The position numbers were made by a program, and so were the translations under genes. A stretch of DNA of 64,000 nt from NCBI GenBank assembly GCA_010093705.1, contig MU006096.1, positions 1,200,004 to 1,264,003 on the forward strand. Direction: 5' to 3'. The stretch is from Patellaria atrata CBS 101060 (taxonomy: Eukaryota). Below the pieces are notes generated by a model. It was not told where the DNA came from, did not search any database, and was given only the letters and a program-made list of their open reading frames with translations. Shown here piece by piece: positions 1-12,310 of the stretch; within the stretch, counting starts at the first letter, position 1, and every line of letters starts with the position of its first letter.

Positions 1-1789
1 TGCCAGCCGTGACGTGGGACGCCACAGATTCTGAGCCCTAAGAGTTCTCCTTTCTGTCTCCCCAGAAGTCCTTGAGTATGATTGAGGTTCAACCAACTGG
101 AATACCTGAACAGAGCCATCCCTCAATTGGGAGCTGTTGGTGGCTAAATGCTTGTCATATCCATTGGTAGAGAGAAGAGCTTTCACAAAGATCACTAAAT
201 GAGGCTTGTGCTGTTCATGCGGGGTTTGTTAATTCAGGACCTTCTCGGATACACCGCAGAAAAGGGAGATCAGGTGTTCCTGTGGGCTCCGCATATGGAC
301 AGTGCAGCCGTGGTGTTGGTCTAAATCGGGGAGAAGGGATGGACCGCTCGCACTATTGACGGGAGCGTGGAGGTTCCACAGCACGTCAACTACCTGGAAA
401 TAGGTTTTGTAGGTAAGAGGGATAGTATACAACAGCCCTCAACGACTAGAGATCTCGGAGAGTCAGGATAAGTGTGCCGACGCAAGTTGATGAATGGTCG
501 AAAGCTTATGTATCTCGGCTTGGAGCCCGGCGTGATGTTGAATCAGTGTCAGTAGCCGGGCGCTTATGCACATCTTACTCTTGGAAGCACGATAGACGGT
601 ATATCTAGCCTATCATCGCTCGTCTGGAAGCCAGTATGTGGTCAAAAGCCCTGTGATGTTTCTCAGACGCGTTTGATGACCCTCGCAACCTTCCCATTCC
701 TAGAGACTCCTGCAGAAAACACTTATCTTCCCCGGTTCGTTTGCCGCAATAGCAGAAAAAGCAAGATGCGATAGTAGTAAAGTGTTCCCGTCGCCACAGA
801 CAGTGAGCAGAGAAAACGTCTTGTCGGGTCACAATGTGACGGAGTTGAAGATGAAAAATTGCAACCGATTGTAAGCGGTTACAGTTGCGTTGGAGTTGCT
901 GAAGTTGCTGAGCAGTCCGTGCCAACCTCGCTAAGGGGTGATAAAAGCGCGATATTGCGTTTATCATCACCGCACAACCAATACTGCTGCGATTGGCCAT
1001 GTGGCCGGCGGTACATGAAGCATCGTTCTGCATATCCATCTGCAGTAGTCACAATAGCACTGACCCATATGTTCCCAAAGCTGATCGTTGAACTATCGGA
1101 CAAACAACTGCCCAACACTCTTTGACCAGTTTCCTCACACAAATTTTCTTCTAAGACAGAGGGCAGAATATTACCCCCTTGAAATTCGGACTCGGACTCC
1201 TGATTCTTCCTATGCCTTGCAACTTGAAAAGCTGTCCCGCCAATAGACGGGGCGCTAATCCTCATTCCCTCCATAGGCCCGTTGTCATGCGTTTCACACC
1301 TAGAGATAATGTCAATAGACGTTACCGTCACCACGGTTGAAGCCACTGCTATTTTGCCACGTCTAACTCTCTATTGGTGTCCTCTCTGCAGTATCCATGT
1401 ATGTACAGTACAGCCATTCTCCGTAATCAAGTCCTTGGTGAATATGACAGCTCAACTGTCTTTAGGAATCGAATTGCTCCAGGCAGGAAGTTCCGGTCCC
1501 AGACCTCATTGTGACCCAACATGTAATTCCGGTACTTCCTCATTAACCCAAGTCTGATTAATTCAAAACAATCTCAGGGCATCGCCCGTGTCATGCAAAT
1601 TCAAATGTTGCCACCCTTGTCCTCCGCCTCTTTGATGGTAAAAATATCATGCGCCGCCCGCTAATTGAAACCACCCACCCAGTATGTCGGAACTCGTTGT
1701 ATTCACAATAGACCAGTTTTGCGCATCAATTATACAATTAATAATTCGGTCTGTGGTATCATTGAGGGCTGGCCGAGATGTCCCAGAGC

Positions 1790-3081
1790 CTAAATCGATG
1801 CTTCGTAGATTGGACCTGCGATAGAAGAGAGGAGGAACTTCTGGTCCGGTTGCGTTGATAATCTTCTCTCGGAATGCTGAAAGAGAAGGGAGGGCGATGA
1901 AGAGTGGGTTCTAGACCTTCTACGTCCTCGCATTGCTGGGCTATGACGCCTAAATTGAGGGCGCTTTGGACATCCACTCTCCTCATGCCTGTGGGATGAT
2001 TTAGCAATGGCTTGGGTAGAGAATAACTACTACGACTGACCGTCTCAAAGTATCCTTCCGCGCAAAACTGTTGCTACACATTGAGCAGGAGTAGTTTTTG
2101 GTCATCTTATGGACCTGTCTCGGCTTAGTGATAATTCATTGACTGCCAGAAAGCTAGACTTACGCTTTCTATATGTCTTACAAGGTCCAGTTTCCGTTTG
2201 AACCTACGGTCGCAGTCCTCACACCGATGAAGCTTTGGGAAGGACGGGTTGTGTTTGTCACTATCCATATGTTGTTTGAGATTATAAGCTCTAGAGAACT
2301 TATCGTGACATAGGTCACATTCATAGCCAGCGTTGTCCCGCCCTGTGCGGCTTCTCTTTTTCCGTTGTTCAGTGCCTTGGCTGGTGGAAATGCTATCTTT
2401 AGTGTTTTGTTCCGGTTGATAATCTCCATAGTGACCTTCGCTATCTGAGAAAGATTCGGTACCCGGCCAAGCGGGAGAATGCAATCCGTCGGTGGAAAGA
2501 TACGTGGCTGAAGTTGCTATGAGATGGGACGGTGCCACAGTGAGGATCTGATCGGATTGTTGGACTTCCTGGCACCACTCGTTCATATACTCCTGTTTGA
2601 TGGCTGGTGCTACCATTGTTTCCACTCCATCCCCAGAATATATCGAACTCTCATAAGTGGAGGATATGGACGAAGAATGAGATAGCTCTCGACTGGAAGG
2701 TGATATGGACAGTCTATGTTGAACATGGTCCATTGGCGCAACAGGGAATGGATCATGCCACGCCATAGGAGTTGGATGGGGGGTCTCAAAGTTATTCCAT
2801 GAGTTAAGGACTTGTGAAGAAGTGTTGGCATCAACGGCTGGTGTCCAGCCGTTTGAGACTTGAGGATCTAGAGGATAGATATCAGGAGCGTTGAAACTTC
2901 GAGCATCTGTGATCGAAACCCTGAATGGGTAGAGCCCCAAGCCTTCTGGTGTGAAGTTGAAGGACTCTGTTACTCTATGAGCGGGCGACGGATAGCTAGG
3001 GTGTCTTCTGTCTGATGATTGCCCAGATGTAGAGTTGTGTAGCGAGATCCCAGACGTTGAGGTTTGATATTTGTAGTCCAT
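1790..3081 (-). CDS. C2H2 zinc-finger transcription factor (three fingers, possibly SilA-like)
   Basis: ORF 3081-2125 has CDLCHDKFSRAYNLKQH and CEDCDRRFKRKLDLVRHIES. Splicing out introns 2163-2115 (GTAAGT..CAG) and 2040-1989 (GTCAGT..CAG) adds VHKMTKNYSCSMCSNSFARKDTLRRHEESGC, and the frame ends at TAG 1790-1792. Confidence 0.88.
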
Positions 3082-4105
3082 GATAGAGTTGTGAGGTGCG
3101 AGGTATTACTGACCGTCGAAGGTCTTTTATATGTCGTTGCTGATATCAGTCGTGTGAGCATATAAAGGTCGATGGTTGTACAGCAGTTGAATGTTAGGTT
3201 GAGGCTCGACTAGAGTGTGGTTGAGGAAATAAGGTAATGTATAGTACAATATATAGAGCTGTACATAAGTGTTGGACGCAGAAGGGGGAGGTCTTTGGGC
3301 CATGATATACAATGGAGTGAATTGAGGCTGTTCTGAGTGGACTGGAGAATAACCCCATGTCATAGGTAAGTTTTGGAAAGAAAACCAAAAACGTGCGGCG
3401 GTGTAAAGAGGGTATGGATGGAACGAGGCAGACACGGACATGCCCACCACCACACCATGCTAATGTCTTCACCAGTCCCCGTTAAAAGGTTCAGCTACAG
3501 CAGACGCGGCGGCAGCGGTAATTTTGTTTCAGGAAGCACGAGTAAATTGTGGGAGCAGGGCTGTAGCAGGCAGCAAAACTGGGATCAATTAGGAGGGTGT
3601 TTGCAGTTGCAGATATCTTTGCATGATACTAAATGACTTTGGGGTTGAAGTGCAGCGGAGCAAGCATGGCACCCTTAGGGCATCAGAATTCGGTCTAGGG
3701 TTGAACCAGACTTTCGGATACTCGCTAAACATTATCGGCAAGCCGAACAAATCAGGATTGCGCGAATTGTTGATTAGCCGCAAATAAATCGATTCGAGTG
3801 TGCAAGAACACCCCCTGCATTGCACAACAGCAAAATGGCTGGCATAGCACGCGCTTGAAGAGCAACTTCTTCTTGCGCGGAGGGGTTGTTGATCTTTTTT
3901 CGTCTCTTCTCCGTATACCCTGCCAAATAGCAAATGCTTTCTCATGTCCCATCATGATTGCTATAATCGGTTTGGTCCGTTAGCCAAGAGGAGCGTTCGT
4001 CGTCAAGCCACTATGGCCGTGCGTATTGATATCTTGTCCGATATCAAAATCGAGTGAGGGATGTGCTCAGCAGAATTAGCACGCACCAAGACCGGATCAA
4101 CGGAC

Positions 4106-7100
4106 TCATTCCTCATCTGAACGTGTGTCTTGCTCCCCTTGCTGTTCTGCAAGCATTTTCGTGAGTTCGTTAACCCGCGTACTAAGTTCGACAACCAATG
4201 ATCGTAGATACTCTGGATCAGCATCATCCGCTGTGGGGTGATTGCGATTGGACCCATTCCATCGACCGTTGACAGTTCGTGTCCGAGCATTGGGCCAACC
4301 GCCCGCCAACGTAGTTTGAGAAGGCGTCGTGAGTGTTGTCGAATGCGGAGAATTTCGTGTCGCTTTCAAACTTCTCCGTCGGGTGCTAGGAGACTCTGGA
4401 CCAGCTATAGGTGATATCCATGGAGTGCTTCCGGTACGTTTCAGAGCAATATACTCAGCAGTGTTCTCAAACAGCCATATTGCTGCCACAAATGGGAAGT
4501 GTGTGATCTTCATCATCACGATACGAGCGCTTCGAAGCTTGTCACGTGAGAACACCAGTCTGAGAGGACGGAAGAAGAGTGCAATAAGATTCTGTAACCC
4601 TAGTCAGCCCTATTCAATCCAGTTTCATGCTAGAAGAGCCATTGATCGGCGAACTGTTCGAAAATTCTCTGGTGCACAGGATCCGCAAGCATACGATGCA
4701 GTCGCTTCAACTGACTTTGTCTATTGCGGCAAACACAGCTCTCTCTGACGAGACAAATGAAGGGTGCGGCCTATAGGGCGTTCGCCCTGTTTTGACCTCA
4801 GCTATTCCTAAGGCATGCAATACCTCTATACGGCATGGCTCTCAAAGGCGCAGCATGGAGTTGTCGCCGGCTCGATGCTACGGGCCGCATTATGATAGCC
4901 AGTGGATCCACTTAGAGATTAAGTGCCGGTGCAATTAGCTGAACGGTGCCTAGGGTCGAAGTGTCTTGAGGTTCAAGGGTCACATAGAAGGCTAGGTATG
5001 ATGGCAACGTGCAGATGCTCTTCAGATAACCCAACGGGCCGGTAGAAAGCCACCGGCAGAAATTGTTGGCGAAAGACGATGGAACAGAGTAGTTCGGGCT
5101 TCTATAGAGGCTGTGTCCTTCCAGGAGGTTTGATGAACGTCGCTAAAGGGAGTTAAGAGAACCAGAAATAGTTTACTTACCAACGGCGGTAAATAGTAGA
5201 TTAATCGATTCGATGTCGATGCCTCTAAAACGAAGACAGAAAAGCTGTGCAGCGCTCGATTAGCAGTGGTGGCGGTAAGGGATAGATGCCTCGTAAATCA
5301 GGCGTTCTCTTACCCGTAAAGGTACTCAACTCTGGAATCTTGTAATATCTATAAAGGCGGAGGAAGAGCATTCATTAGCGTGATATTCAAAACTTGCATT
5401 GAGAGCCAATCGATTTTAGGCTACAGGGGTTTTTTAGTCTTGGCGATGCAAAGCACGAAGTTGCGCCACAAGCCAACCCCAAAGAGTAATTAGAGGCTTG
5501 ATATTTATACAACAAGGACAACATACCTTTGCAGCGCTGCTACTCATCAGCGAGATTAATGAAGTAATTAGGAGTATGTTGGTCAAGAAAACAAATATGA
5601 CCTGCAGAAGGAGTCAGCAGACGATTTTCACATGCGGGCCTTGACACTTTGCTGCGGACCATGACGGGAGCCCCAAAATATGGAGAACTATTGACCAGTT
5701 AACAGATCTACTTAGGATCGATACTAGCAGACGGGAGGCTTACATGTCTTGAGCTTCATCCTAAGATAGACACAATCAGCCACAGTTTCCGGACGCGGAA
5801 CAGTTTTTCACTCACAAAGCCCACAAACGCGCTTCTATACATCTGTTAGCGATAAATCATTTCTTCTACCGGAGGGTCTCATGCACTTACCCAAAAAATA
5901 TTTGGACTAAGAGCCAGGACATTTCCCCGACAGTATAGCGGCCCCGGGCCAGCATTGCGAACGTGGTCAGAAAACCTGCGGAATAGCCGTTCAGCAATTG
6001 TTGCCTTCTCGTTCAAGTCCGACCGAGCCACATACCTAGGTATGGGATAATGACGAGAGCAATGAATCTCACAAAATCCTTCGCCTGTTCTCCGGTCAAA
6101 TTCATACCTTTGACACACGATTGCTCCGCGAAGATCGTACCATTTCATTTAGAGTCGGTAACTGGATGCTATTAGTGCACGTAGGGCCCACATCGGAGGT
6201 AATTCATACTGACCAAAGTACCAAAATATGGGTGTAAACTAAGGAGAGAGCACAGCCTTCACAGAACCTGAGTTAAGGAATTGGTCCATATCGGCTGTAG
6301 TTGAAATCACTAACCTTGGGAATAGGAACAACGCCTCCAAAGCAAGAATGTCAAAGGACGTGTCAGTAAGACTATGAGAATGCTGATAGAGGCCTATCAT
6401 TCCTACAGAGCGTCCACAGTTAGCTCCTTCCACGTTTGTCTTAGTCGCTACCAAGGAAAGAAATGGAGAGGATAGCGTAGAGGTAGTAGCGTAATCACAT
6501 CCATCGATGACTTACTCGTAACGAAAAACGCAACTCCAACGAAGACGATACCCAGGTCCCAGACACTCCAGAAATCAATTGCATAAAAAGCTTGACCAGC
6601 GTCTATATAGCCTCCAACTGCCAAAAGTTAGTCATGCTCTACACGATCCAGTTCAATCCAATCCGTGACCTACATTCGTCATATGCAAATCCCGCCAGGA
6701 AAATGTAAAGAAGAATCTCTGATATAGTTATCGACCAAAAAGCCTCTTCGAGAAGGACAATGTAATAGAGAGATAGAAAACAAGCGAAGAAGAGGACCTC
6801 AAAGGCCTTTAAGTACCGGGGTACACGAAGGCGGCAAAAGGGGTCGGCTCTCCTATTAAGCGGTCAGAGGTTTCCTGACTGGGTAGGGAGTGTCTATATC
6901 TGCGCATGGTGTAGGTATTGGGAAGAGCTGAAAGCTAACTCGATGCATAACTTTGATAAATCTTACCGCTTATTATAGATTTTGGCCTTCTTCACGGAAT
7001 TGAAACTCAAAGTTTCCCAAAAGATGATATCACCCCTCCAGATCTCGTTAATTACCTTCTGAATAACTCGTTGACTCATGAATTTCTTCGCACCCGTAAC

Positions 7101-8051
7101 TACGCCGATCTCGAGAGCATTAAGGTTCGCAAAAGATGCTGCAAATTTATCCCATTCTGATAACGACGATTGTTGTCGAGTGTTAAGATCGCTGCCAAAG
7201 TAACAAAAGGATCGTGGCGACCGACCTTGGGAGGAAACAAGCGGAGTAAACTCATTAATAGTTTGCGATGGCCTCGATCTTAGATACGTAGGACGTGTGT
7301 GAAGGCTAGCTTCTGTGTCAGGCGTCCGGTTGCGATCGTTGGAACCCGAGGGTATTTCAAAAAGTAGTGCGTCAATTGCCTCCCTCTCTGCTAACATTGC
7401 AACAAATCTCCAAGCCACTATCTCGCAGGCAAAGCCCCTTGTTGACATTACGCCTCGGTCATCGTCAAGTGCAAGTGCGGAGAAGTGGCCTTTCAGAGCG
7501 CTAAAGTGCATCAGTCTTGAATTTTCAAGCACTCCACATCCCGGGTAAATAAACATACAGCAAGGCATGTACGATTGCACAATGGTGAACCTCTTCTGCC
7601 AGGTAATTTACTAGTGGGGCTAATATCCTACCATGGCCAGTTGTACGGAGTTCATCGAAAGAGTATCTGGTCTCGAAAGCTTCAACAAAGAATCTATTAT
7701 TTTGTAAGTCATATATTCGGGTGTATATAGACAGCTAAGTGGAACTGAATGAAGAGTTATAGAAGAAATAGACAGATCATTGACTAACAAGCAGATCGAA
7801 GTTAAAGATAATACTTGAAAAAAAGAAGAGAATATGTCTCAAAATAAAAAAATAAAAAAAAAAAGGAACAAAATAACCGCTTGATAGAGCTGAGAGGAAC
7901 ACAGCGCCAAGATAATAGTTGCGTCACGGCGGTTGACTACATACTCAGACAGATTTCGCATTACCACAGCGAAGGAGTCATTCTCATTGATTTCTGGGAG
8001 ATCTGGGTCATCATCCGTCATCGAAAATGGCGTGACAGGTCGTGAAGCCAT
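4106..8051 (-). CDS. Yvc1/TRPY-like non-selective cation channel, about 17 exons
   Basis: Manual splicing gives a continuous protein with RGFACEIVAWRFV, DPFCRLRVPRY, FWSVWDLGI, LLSLHPYFGTL, FLTNILLITSLISLMS and VLEASTSNRLIYYLPPL|NLIAL. These are multi-TM segments typical of fungal TRP-like channels. All introns are GT-AG. Confidence 0.85.
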
Positions 8052-8161
8052 CTTTGGCGATGGTGAAGTTGCCAGACATCAGAAAAGATAAGGTAAAAAG
8101 GGTGGACGAGTTGCGGTTGAAACTTGGGAAAAGGCCCCGAAGCCCGCCCTACAAGCGACAA

Positions 8162-8216
8162 ACGCGCGACTGACGCGTCAGATCTTCAAACCCACACACG
8201 ACCAACCGGCGCGTCA
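8162..8216. promoter_or_regulatory. Cluster of CGCG/MCB-like elements in a 190-bp divergent promoter
   Basis: ACGCGCGA at 8162, the palindrome CTGACGCGTCAG at 8170-8181 (containing ACGCGT) and GGCGCGTCA at 8208. Confidence 0.45.
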
Positions 8217-8241
8217 TTCACATGATTATCGTGCTGTACAT

Positions 8242-9635
8242 ATGGAATCCTTCAAATGTACCCCGATGACTTTTGATGCCTACATCAATGGTTTAAAGCG
8301 TACTATTCCGCGCCCACGTCGCTTCGTCAATCGTGAAGAAAACTTGAATTCTGCTACTCTCAGACACAATGGACATGTACAGCAATCTAATACTGATTGT
8401 CAATCTCAACTTGATCAAGATTTTAAAGATTCGGTGCCAGAATCAGAAATTGCTTCTATAATTGAGGTCCAACTCCAGGCTGTAGGATCTGTAGAAGATC
8501 AAGGCGTCACGGCTCGAATAACAGAACATAATGATTGTCGAAATAGACCATGCACCTATGGACTAAATTCAATAGCTTCCAAGAAGACAACCACCAGAAA
8601 AATTATAAAGACCATACGCAAGAAGAGATGCTTACCCGTCACGGAGTTAAATCTAGTAGAGTCACTGGATGACTTCCGTGGTCATGTATAGTCCTTCTTG
8701 CGATGTATATGAAAAGTTGACTCTAATTCTCCCTTCTCTAGGACCCTGACTTTAGTGATGACCTTTCCAACCGTGATATTGATACGATCGAGGATTATCA
8801 ACCAGAGGAGAATGCACCTCGGACCAAGACAAGCGAGGTTGGTGAAACAGAACAAGTCACGTCTGTTACTGCCTTGCAGAAGTTGTTCAGGAAGTGCGGA
8901 CGTTCTCAGCTAAAGATGAACGTGCGAAAGCGTAGCAAACTACGGCCCGTGGAGCTTGATGGATTCGTCGGAAGTGAGCTTCGTATCACGAGGCCACCAC
9001 CTACCAGAAAGTATTTGCTAGACGCTGGACCTTGGTCCTATGCGCCTCTTCGGCTTGAGCCTGGTGGCCCACCACTTTACGATGGGATCAAGACAGAGGT
9101 GCTCATTTATCAAATGCAAGTCCTTGTTCTAGCTAACATTGGAAAGACATTCGCGAGTGAAGTCATTTTTGAAAGTTCAAATAGACCAAACCGTAATATC
9201 TCCTATGAGCGACTTGACACAAGAAATCCCAGATTCAAGATTCCTGATGAAGCATATCGCCAGCTGTCTCAAATCAAGACACCGGTAAAGGCATATTCCG
9301 AAAGGGAGTCCGATGAGAGCGAAACGACTGAGGAGACACAGACAAGCGAGGATAGCGAGGATATCGACGATGGTGCAGATAGTGATCTTTCAGAAGAGGA
9401 GTGTTCGACATCTGGCGAGGAACTTCCAGCAACGACCCCCTTGACGGGACAAGATGACGTTTTCAGGGGTATATCCGCTACCAAGCACCTTCAAAGAGCA
9501 GATTGGATTTTGCACGAGCATACCTTATCATCTGTGGGCCATGTGGGACGTCCATATTCAAACCCAGGACAAGCACATCTCATGAGAGCAGGGGGTGCGT
9601 GGATAGAGGTCCCAGAAGAAATATATGGCGAGTGA
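8242..9635 (+). CDS. Hypothetical protein with an acidic tract, no recognised family
   Basis: ORFs 8242-8691 and 8874-9635 join in frame across an intron at about 8686-8741 (GTATAG..CTAAT..TAG). A probable 48-nt in-frame intron lies at about 9099-9146 (GCTAAC branch). Confidence 0.7.
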
Positions 9636-10863
9636 TCTGAATGAGAATGACTAACAAGCAGTGTCGGAATTTTCGTGGTCTCCCAATATGGACGAGAAGC
9701 CATCGTAGATCACTGCGAAGTTGTTATAGGATTATCATAACCACCATTTCATTATAGTGAGTAGTGATTTACAAGACCTATGAACTCACAAATCGTACTT
9801 GTTAATTTGCGACATCTCACAAGGACGGTACTCCATCCAAGCCGTGAATTACTCAACCATGACCGTGTTCCCCCATTTTGTGATACAGAACTTGCACGTT
9901 GTGCTTCTCCGCCAATCTGTTGTGCGCTATCTAGTTACATCCTCTAACAAACGAGTCTCAGCTGCTACTCCAGTTAAGATAAAGTCAAGGTAACGGACCA
10001 TTAGAGAAGCTCATAGCAAGTAGCATGAGGAGAACTGTTGGTATGCCGCGCAATATCCAGGTCAACAGACTTACTTTGACTAGTTACTTTCAAGATGCTG
10101 TTGAGATAAAATGCCATTATGTGTACAGTCGGTGTACAGTGACTGAGAACTAAGGTACTTTGTAGCCCCTTGGGAAAAGAGCACAAAGTGGCACAACTAT
10201 GCGATATCAATCCAAAACTTTGCGCGAATAACATGTATTTTTGAACAGGAACTCAAGTTCGTAATTGAGGTATAATTGTATGCGAGGAGGTGCTGTCGGC
10301 ATTTCGCACGTCAGTATGCCGACTTCAAGCCACGATCGGCAACGACACGACCGCATTTCGCGAACGCCGAGGGACACGGGAAGAATTCTATCTAACTTAC
10401 CCGGTCTCTTATTTGTATTGGATGTAGGTAGAGACGCGCGGAAACATCTTCAAAATCCCCGCAACGATGCTCGCAGGTTTATCTAGAAAGGGATAGCCAT
10501 ATTGTTGTTGGTCGTACTGTACAAGTAGAACTACTGATGTTGTTTTTCCGTTCACATGAGCCAGGGCGTGTACGGGCAGGTAGCACCGCCATTCCGCGAG
10601 AGTACAAAAGAATATAGACTTCCATTACGGGTACAAATGTAATCACTTTCCAGCAACCTCAACTGGGGGCTGACAGTTCACCTTATTTTCTTTGTTGTGC
10701 CGACACCCTTCTCTCTCGTTCCTTCCTGATAGAACTAGTCACTCACGAGCTACTTTCAAACCTCACGTCTTTCTCCCTCATCCATCCCTCTTCCCTTCAA
10801 TCTCACTCACGGGTCATTTTCAGTCCTTTTGATTGTTGGATTATCACGAGCAACGTTATAATA

Positions 10864-12108
10864 ATGTCGACCCCTAGACAAGCACCATATGTGCCAACGA
10901 CCTGGGCGTTAGGAGGTAGACCCAAAACCGGCGTTGATGTACCAGTAACAGCAGTCTTTCTCGCTCTGTTTATAATAGGCGCCGTGGTACATATGACAAT
11001 CTTCCAAAAGAATAATAGACAGGGACATAAGTTCATCTTCAGCGTGCTCCTCTTCGGTGAGTCGACATCAAACTCACAACTTTGATTACGTTGAAGATAT
11101 CACGAAGAATTGAAATCTGATATATGCTCTATACCTTATGACCTAACTCAAGTATTTCAACTAATTCATCTTCTAGGCTTCTGCATGGCCCGCATCACAA
11201 CTACCACTCTCCGTATCGCCAGCACCTGTCTCCCACACAACATCCGCCTGGCAATCGCCGCCCAAATCCTCGTCGCAGCAGGCATCCTCCTCATCTTCAT
11301 CATCAATCTAATCTTCACCCAGCGCATAATCCGCTCCCAGCACCCCCAAATCGGCTGGCACAGAGCTCTCACCGCCTTCTTCCTCGCCCTCTACGTCCTC
11401 ATCGGTATCAACCTAGCCATCATAATCACAGTCACAGTCCAGAGCTTCTACACCCTCGACCGTAACATTCGCCGCATAGATAGGGACCTCCAACTCTACG
11501 TCTCGACCTTCTTCACCCTCGCCTCCTTCCTCCCGCTCCCGCTTCTCCTCATCTCCCACCTCCTCCCGCGCCGCTCCCCGATCGACAGTTTCGGCCACGG
11601 CACCCACGGCGCCAAAACCCTCATCCTCCTCGCCGGCACCCTCCTCGCCTGTCTCGGAGCCGCATACCGCTGCGGCACCGCCTATCTGGACCCCGTCCCC
11701 ATGTCCCGCCCTCTACCCGACTACTTCCACAAAGCATGCTTCTATGTCTTCAACTTCGGTCTCGAGGTCCTGATCGTATTTCTCTACGCCTTCACGCGCA
11801 TAGATAGACGCTTTTGGATCCCTAACGGCGCGAAAGGACCTGGTTCATATTCTTCTACGCAGGTGCCGGCAACGAAGAGGACGGTGGGTCAGGAGAAGGC
11901 CGATTCGATGTATGACGGTGACGGGCTGAGGGGTGAGGGGGATGAGGTATCCAGGCCTGCGATGCCGGATGTGGAACAGGCGAAGGAAAAACAGATGGAT
12001 TTGGGCAGGGATTCGGGAGTGGGGAGTGGAAGGAGGACGTGGGAGGCCGAGGCGGAGGAGAGGGAAAGGGAGACGGTAAGATTGCCAGGGGTAGGTCAGG
12101 CGAAGTAA
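10864..12108 (+). CDS. Multi-pass membrane protein, DUF3112-like
   Basis: Contains ALGGRP..DVPVTAVF, HKFIFSVLLFG|FCMARI and KACFYVFNFGLE..RIDRRFWIPNG, with about 7 hydrophobic helices. Intron at about 11058-11176. Confidence 0.8.
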
Positions 12109-12310
12109 TGGTGTATGCTTCTAGGTATAAAGGTAATTCGAGAGGTCTAGCGGACATATGAGCCGGGAGGAAATTTTACACATCCAAGAGACGCCATGAC
12201 ATTCATGCCGAGCATAATGAGTTAGGTCATTATAAAAGATAATTGAAATAAATCAAAATCTATGATCTTCTATCCCCGACTCAAATTTTTGACCCTGAAA
12301 TCGACAGTTC

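Noticed and set aside
229..1557. Overlapping 67-155 aa ORFs on both strands
   Set aside because: No recognisable motif, consistent splice model or dominant frame. Treated as intergenic DNA or flank of a gene outside the window.
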